Shown here: positions 55,861-60,708 of the stretch, piece by piece
How positions within the stretch are numbered: the first letter of the stretch is position 1
Layout of the letters: every line of letters starts with the position of its first letter
IMG/VR virus record: IMGVR_UViG_3300042465_002807
Coordinates: 1 to 60,708 of that record
DNA: 60,708 bases
Source of the DNA: a virus
Lineage: Duplodnaviria > Caudoviricetes
Direction: 5' to 3' (one strand)
Translations under genes and position numbers: made by a program
The notes under the pieces: model-generated
What the model saw: the letters and a program-made list of their open reading frames with translations, nothing else
Databases searched by the model: none
Told to the model about the DNA's origin: nothing

Positions 55861-56325
55861 ATGATACAACTTATATTATTTGAGGAAATACTTCCTCTTT
55901 GGAAAAAATTATGGCCCGATACCGAAGTAATCAAACCGCATAATGAGTGGGAATTTCTGGGTGGATATAACCCAGAAGTTCCCTGCTCTGATGTTTGGTT
56001 TATAGGTTACTATGACGATGATAAATTAGTTGGTTGTAACTCTTGCTTCATGTCATCAAAGAACCATCTGCGGTCCAGAGGAATTTACATCCTACCAGAA
56101 TATCGTGGCAAGGGTATATCTAAGTTTCTCTTTGACAAAACAATAGAAATTGCCAAACAAAACCATGCGGAACTCATATGGAGTTATCCTCGTCTAGATG
56201 CTCTACCCAGTTATTTAGCAGCAGGGTTTGAAACAATCGGCGATCCGTTTACGGATTTTGATTATGGTCCAAATATATGGGCAGCAAAATATTTGAAAAA
56301 AGGGTTGACGGCTATCCAAAAATAG
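55861..56325 (+). CDS. GNAT acetyltransferase
   Basis: RSRGIYILPEYRGKGIS acetyl-CoA motif, WSYPR, Y..AGF. Confidence 0.85.
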   Translation: MIQLILFEEILPLWKKLWPDTEVIKPHNEWEFLGGYNPEVPCSDVWFIGYYDDDKLVGCNSCFMSSKNHLRSRGIYILPEYRGKGISKFLFDKTIEIAKQNHAELIWSYPRLDALPSYLAAGFETIGDPFTDFDYGPNIWAAKYLKKGLTAIQK

Positions 56326-56333
56326 CGTATAAC
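56305..56333 (+). promoter_or_regulatory. sigma70-like promoter for thyX
   Basis: TTGACG-17-TATAAC. Confidence 0.55.
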
Positions 56334-56362
56334 TTAATTAATGAATAATAATGGAGTCTTGA

Positions 56363-57067
56363 ATGAGTGAAGTAAATCTAGTCGGTATTACAAAACCGAG
56401 TGCCTATACAGAATGTACCACAGCAAATGAACTTGTTGCGTGGGCAGCAAGAGTATCAAATCCCAGTAACCAAAACAATACCGCAACAGCACCCAAGTTG
56501 GTTCAATATCTTATTAAGAACCAACACTGGTCACCTTTGGAGATGGTTCATGTATCGATGGAAATTAAAACGACTCGTGATATCGCTCGTCAAATCCTTC
56601 GCCATCGATCTTTTTCCTTCCAAGAATTTTCGCAGAGATATGCAGATGCGACTACAGACCTTGGATTCTTCGTTAGAGAAGCACGTTTACAGGATGCCAA
56701 GAACAGGCAAAACTCGGTCGAGTTGGGATCCGACGACAACGGATTGGCCGAAGAATGGTCGATGAGGCAGGCTGTATTAATTGACCAAGCCGAGGAGGCA
56801 TATAATTGGGCAATTGAAAATGGTATTGCTAAGGAACAGGCTCGTGCAGTTCTCCCCGAAGGCAATACAGCGTCTGTCATGATTATGTCTGGTTCACTTC
56901 GTTCATGGGTTCACTATTGTCAGTTGCGTATGGATAAGGCAACTCAAAAGGAACACCGTATCGTAGCAGAACAGTGCTGGGATATTATCAGTCACCACTT
57001 CCCTGATGTAAAGGCGGCACTTGATAGTATGGCAGCACGGGCTGAGTTCGAGAGAAAACTACCTTGA
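56363..57067 (+). CDS. thyX: Flavin-dependent thymidylate synthase ThyX
   Basis: HWSPLE, RQILRHRSFSFQEFSQRY, EQARAVLP, QKEHR. Confidence 0.96.
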   Translation: MSEVNLVGITKPSAYTECTTANELVAWAARVSNPSNQNNTATAPKLVQYLIKNQHWSPLEMVHVSMEIKTTRDIARQILRHRSFSFQEFSQRYADATTDLGFFVREARLQDAKNRQNSVELGSDDNGLAEEWSMRQAVLIDQAEEAYNWAIENGIAKEQARAVLPEGNTASVMIMSGSLRSWVHYCQLRMDKATQKEHRIVAEQCWDIISHHFPDVKAALDSMAARAEFERKLP

Positions 57068-57152
57068 CCAAAATCTGGAAACTTTTTCAAAACCGGGCGA
57101 CCCAATTTTTTTCGCTCCAAAATTTTGACCAAAAAAAGTCGGGTGGAAAATA

Positions 57153-57872
57153 ATGAAAATACTTGTTACTGGCCATGAGGGATTTATCGGTAGAAATGCC
57201 ATGCGCATTCTATCAGAGGATTTTGAAGTTATTCCATATCAAGGTGATATTAGAGATTTTAAGATTTCGGAATATTACTATGGCGTCTTACATTTGGCCG
57301 CGCTTGCCGGAGTTAGAAAGAGCTGGTTAAATCCAGAAGAATATTGGGATGTAAATGTCGCCGGTTCAAAGAAAGTATTTGATGAATGTGAACGTCTCAA
57401 TCTTAGATGCGTCTATGCGTCATCATCTTCAATATACGAATGGTGGCAAAATCCATACGCAACATCTAAAAAAGCGATGGAAGAACTAGCACCCAAGTAT
57501 TCTGTTGGTATGAGATTTCATACTGTATATGGGCCAGACTCTCGTCCTGATATGTTCTACGATATGATGCTTAACGACAAGATAGAGTATCTAACCGAAC
57601 ATAAACGTGACTGGACACATGTTGAAGATGTTGTCTCAGCAATCAAAATTATCTTGACAGACACAAGAATTTCGTGTAAGTTAGATATTGGTTCTGGTAA
57701 TCCAGTATCAGTAATGGATGTAGCTAAAGCATATGGTTATAGAGACGTTCCAATAAAAGAAGTCTCTGGAGAAAGACAAGAGACACATGCCGACCTATCC
57801 ATACTAAAAAGTTATGGTTGGGAACCAAAGTTCAACATTCTAGAGGAAGCGAAAAATGCCAGAAACAGTTAA
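57153..57872 (+). CDS. NAD-dependent epimerase/dehydratase
   Basis: TGHEGFIG, HLAA.AGVR.S, YASSSS, YATSK, RF.TVYG. Confidence 0.92.
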   Translation: MKILVTGHEGFIGRNAMRILSEDFEVIPYQGDIRDFKISEYYYGVLHLAALAGVRKSWLNPEEYWDVNVAGSKKVFDECERLNLRCVYASSSSIYEWWQNPYATSKKAMEELAPKYSVGMRFHTVYGPDSRPDMFYDMMLNDKIEYLTEHKRDWTHVEDVVSAIKIILTDTRISCKLDIGSGNPVSVMDVAKAYGYRDVPIKEVSGERQETHADLSILKSYGWEPKFNILEEAKNARNS

Positions 57873-58398
57873 AGTTCAATACGACCCTGTATCAGACGAA
57901 CATTATATCGCTTGGGATGGACTAGAAGAAGAGACCGGTTGGAAGCCCGGCGACACAATAATTTGGATTGAAAATGAAGATGGGAGTTATACATTGACTA
58001 AGAAGATTAATAATTATCAGAATGATGTTGAACAGTTTATGGCCGCAGCCGACCAATATATCGGTGCTACTCCACATCTAAATGAAAATAACGAGGCTCA
58101 AGCCAAGCTATATATTGATCTAATTGACGAGGAATTCCGTGAACTTTGTGATGGATTTCTTCGTCGCCACATCGGAGATGTTGCTGATGGCGGCGCAGAC
58201 CTAGTATGGGTCGTAAAGGGTTTGTTTACCACACTGGGCATCAACTTTGATGCTGTATGGGAAGAAGTCCGTGCGTCGAATATGAGTAAGGTTTCCGAAG
58301 GCGGAAAGATTAAGAAGCGGGCAGACGGTAAGATTCTAAAGCCAGATACTTACTTTAAGCCAAACATCGAAAAAGTTTTGAAGGATCAGGGTCTATAA
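57856..58398 (+). CDS. MazG-like/dUTPase-type NTP pyrophosphohydrolase with an N-terminal AbrB-like segment
   Basis: LIDEEFREL, D.ADG.ADL.WV, EV..SNMSK, DGKILKP; N-terminal GWKPGDTIIW. Confidence 0.8.
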   Translation: MPETVKVQYDPVSDEHYIAWDGLEEETGWKPGDTIIWIENEDGSYTLTKKINNYQNDVEQFMAAADQYIGATPHLNENNEAQAKLYIDLIDEEFRELCDGFLRRHIGDVADGGADLVWVVKGLFTTLGINFDAVWEEVRASNMSKVSEGGKIKKRADGKILKPDTYFKPNIEKVLKDQGL

Positions 58399-60198
58399 AT
58401 GGCAAAAGAAAACTATCTCGGAATTGAAATTGATTTATCACGCGACAACCTGTTTGATAAGCTAGGTATTCAGCGACTACAGGAATCGTATATGCGGGAT
58501 GATGAAACATCTCCGCAGCATAGATTTGCTTTTGTATCTAAAACTTTCGGTTCTAATCCAGAACACGCCCAGCGCCTGTATGAGTATGCGTCAAAGCATT
58601 GGCTTTCGTATGCAACTCCCATTCTTTCGTTTGGTCGTTCCAAGCGGGGAATGCCAATCAGTTGCTTTTTAAACTTCATTGACGATACAGCGGAGGGACT
58701 AGTTGACAATCTTTCAGAAACCAATTGGCTGTCTATGCTTGGGGGTGGCGTTGGTATTGGTTTTGGCATTCGCGCCGCAGATGATAAGTCTACTGGCGTT
58801 ATGCCTCACCTTCGCACTTATGATGCTTCTAGTATGGCTTACCGTCAAGGTCGCACTCGCCGTGGGTCTTATGCTGCTTATCTGGATATTTCTCATCCTG
58901 ATGTTGGGCTTTTTCTAGAAATGCGCAAGCCGACGGGTGACCCCAATATGCGGGCGCTCAACTTGCACCACGGTATCAACATTACCGACGATTTTATGCA
59001 AATCATCGAACGTTGTATGGCAGATGATGATACCGACGATAGCTGGAACCTAACTGACCCTAAGTCAGGTGAAATTCGTGATACTGTGTCTGCTAAGGAA
59101 CTTTGGCAGAAGATTCTCGAACTTCGAATGATGACAGGTGAACCATATATTCACTTCATCGACACTTCGAACCGTGCAATGCCTCAGTTCCAGAAAGACC
59201 TTGGACTAAAAATTCACCAGTCCAATCTTTGCTCGGAAATCATTCTTCCTACTGACAGAAAGCGCACAGCCGTTTGTTGCTTGTCTTCTGTCAACTTGGA
59301 ATACTATGATGCATGGTCGAAAGACCAATTGTTCCTGAAGGACATGGCAGAAATGCTAGACAACGTTCTCCAGTATTTCATTGACAATGCACCAAAGCAA
59401 GTTTCGAGAGCAATCTACTCAGCCAAGCGTGAACGTTCTATCGGTATCGGCGCTCTAGGCTTTCACGCATATCTTCAACGCAAGGGTATTGCGTGGGAAT
59501 CAGCGGTTGCTAAGGGTACCAATATGCGTATCTTTAAGCATATCAAGACACGCCTCGATAATGCTAATCTAGAACTTGGTGCAGAACGCGGTGAAGCGCC
59601 AGATGCTGCTGGTACGGGTCGTCGTTTCAGCCACATGCAGGCAATCGCACCGAACGCATCTTCGTCAATCATCATGGGCAACACCAGTCCGTCGATTGAA
59701 CCGTGGAGAGCAAATGCATATCGTCAGGACACGCTATCTGGTTCATTCCTGAACAAGAACAAGTATCTTGACGGAATCATTAAGTTTGAAGCAGTGAACC
59801 AGAAAGATGGTTGGTATGACGAAGTTTGGTCTTCGATTATTGCCAACGATGGTTCTGTGCAGCATCTTTCTTGGATGGATGAAATCACGAAAGAGATATA
59901 TAAGACATCAATGGAAATAGATCAGCGGTGGGTTATCGAACATGCCGCAGACCGACAGAAGTTTATTGACCAGGCTCAGTCCCTCAATATCTTCTTCCGT
60001 CCTGACTGCAATATCAAGTATCTCCATGCGGTACATTATCTTGCATGGAAACAAGGTCTAAAAACGCTATACTACTGCCGTTCCGAGAAAATCGGTAAGG
60101 CAGATAAGGTGTCGAAGCGCATTGAGCGAGAAGCGATTAAAGAAATCGACTTCAAGGCAATGATTGACGGTGATGCTTGTATAGCCTGCGAAGGATAA
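58399..60198 (+). CDS. nrdA: Class I ribonucleotide reductase alpha subunit (no ATP cone)
   Basis: SCFL, SNLCSEI, AIAPNASSS, LYYCRS, C-terminal CIACEG. Confidence 0.96.
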   Translation: MAKENYLGIEIDLSRDNLFDKLGIQRLQESYMRDDETSPQHRFAFVSKTFGSNPEHAQRLYEYASKHWLSYATPILSFGRSKRGMPISCFLNFIDDTAEGLVDNLSETNWLSMLGGGVGIGFGIRAADDKSTGVMPHLRTYDASSMAYRQGRTRRGSYAAYLDISHPDVGLFLEMRKPTGDPNMRALNLHHGINITDDFMQIIERCMADDDTDDSWNLTDPKSGEIRDTVSAKELWQKILELRMMTGEPYIHFIDTSNRAMPQFQKDLGLKIHQSNLCSEIILPTDRKRTAVCCLSSVNLEYYDAWSKDQLFLKDMAEMLDNVLQYFIDNAPKQVSRAIYSAKRERSIGIGALGFHAYLQRKGIAWESAVAKGTNMRIFKHIKTRLDNANLELGAERGEAPDAAGTGRRFSHMQAIAPNASSSIIMGNTSPSIEPWRANAYRQDTLSGSFLNKNKYLDGIIKFEAVNQKDGWYDEVWSSIIANDGSVQHLSWMDEITKEIYKTSMEIDQRWVIEHAADRQKFIDQAQSLNIFFRPDCNIKYLHAVHYLAWKQGLKTLYYCRSEKIGKADKVSKRIEREAIKEIDFKAMIDGDACIACEG

Positions 60199-60201
60199 GA
60201 A

Positions 60202-60438
60202 ATGACACAATTTTTTGCACAAATAGTATCAAAACCAGAATGCCCGTATTGCGTAAAGGCAAAAGAGTTCATGGTAGGCATGGACATTCAATACACTGAA
60301 ATGGTAGTCGGAAAAGACTGCCAGTGGGAAGACATTACATCACAACTTCCTAATGTTACCACTGTTCCACAAATCTGGATCAATGGTGAACATGTTGGTG
60401 GTTACGATGATCTAGTTAATTGGGCAGCGGAGGTATAA
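60202..60438 (+). CDS. grx: Glutaredoxin
   Basis: CPYC, TVPQI, GGYDDL. Confidence 0.93.
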   Translation: MTQFFAQIVSKPECPYCVKAKEFMVGMDIQYTEMVVGKDCQWEDITSQLPNVTTVPQIWINGEHVGGYDDLVNWAAEV

Positions 60439-60708
60439 TGTCTAATCTTTTAAGCGAACGTTCTTATTTTAAACCCTTTAATTATCCATGGGCATATGAC
60501 GCATGGTTGAAGCATGAACAGTCACACTGGCTTCATACAGAAGTTCCAATGATTGAAGATGTAAACGATTGGAAGAAGCGCCTCACTGATGGTGAGAAGC
60601 ACTTCCTCACAAATATTTTCCGTTTCTTTACACAAGGTGATATCGATGTTGCGGGTGGTTATGTAAAGAACTATCTACCATATTTCCCTCAGCCTGAAAT
60701 CCGTATGA
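60438..60708 (+). CDS. nrdB: Ribonucleotide reductase beta subunit, 5' part (truncated by the window end)
   Basis: MSNLLSERSYFKPFNYPWAY...HWLHTEVPM.EDV.DW...FRFFTQGDIDV. Confidence 0.92.
   Translation, partial: MSNLLSERSYFKPFNYPWAYDAWLKHEQSHWLHTEVPMIEDVNDWKKRLTDGEKHFLTNIFRFFTQGDIDVAGGYVKNYLPYFPQPEIRM

Noticed and set aside
57068-57152. Known wcaG-type RNA motif upstream of the epimerase
   Set aside because: I could not see the conserved features I recall for that motif; kept only as an unexplained A-tract element
534-60287. Other short minus-strand and alternate-frame ORFs in the track
   Set aside because: They overlap well-supported genes and lack motifs; only the Rz1-like ORF has positive evidence
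1-60708. CRISPR array, rRNA, integrase/IS element, alternative genetic code
   Set aside because: No regularly spaced repeats, rRNA or transposase motifs seen; core genes translate intact with the standard code

Overview
This 60.7-kb window is part of a T4-like (Tevenvirinae-related) myovirus genome, and all credible genes are on the + strand. It runs from the head/tail core (gp17-18-19-20-67-21-22-23-3) through uvsY/uvsW, gp55, gp47/46, gp45/44/62/regA, gp43, uvsX, gp41, a tRNA-Arg(UCU), a late block (internal-protein-like genes, spanins, Dps, endolysin), primase, an AT-rich tailoring-enzyme island, and thyX/nrdA/grx/nrdB (truncated by the window end). The host is probably an alphaproteobacterium, possibly a sphingomonad. 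This is inferred from a GlnE-derived gene and from GANTC-containing promoters. Most interesting: (1) three genes built as strings of short basic/His-rich modules joined by acidic [L/I/V/M]-x-E linkers, with one module shared between distant genes, plus enzymes carrying T4 capsid-targeting-like tags. Together these suggest a modular, protease-released, virion-delivered payload system. (2) Five sigma70-like promoters that each place a GANTC site exactly 3 nt upstream of the -10 box, suggesting use of host CcrM/GcrA. (3) A stand-alone, motif-degenerate GlnE adenylyltransferase domain in a block flanked by a diverged duplicate of the 3' end of the upstream gene. (4) A 5' UTR with twin CACUAA-loop hairpins. 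All product calls come from motif recognition and synteny by eye. No searches were run.
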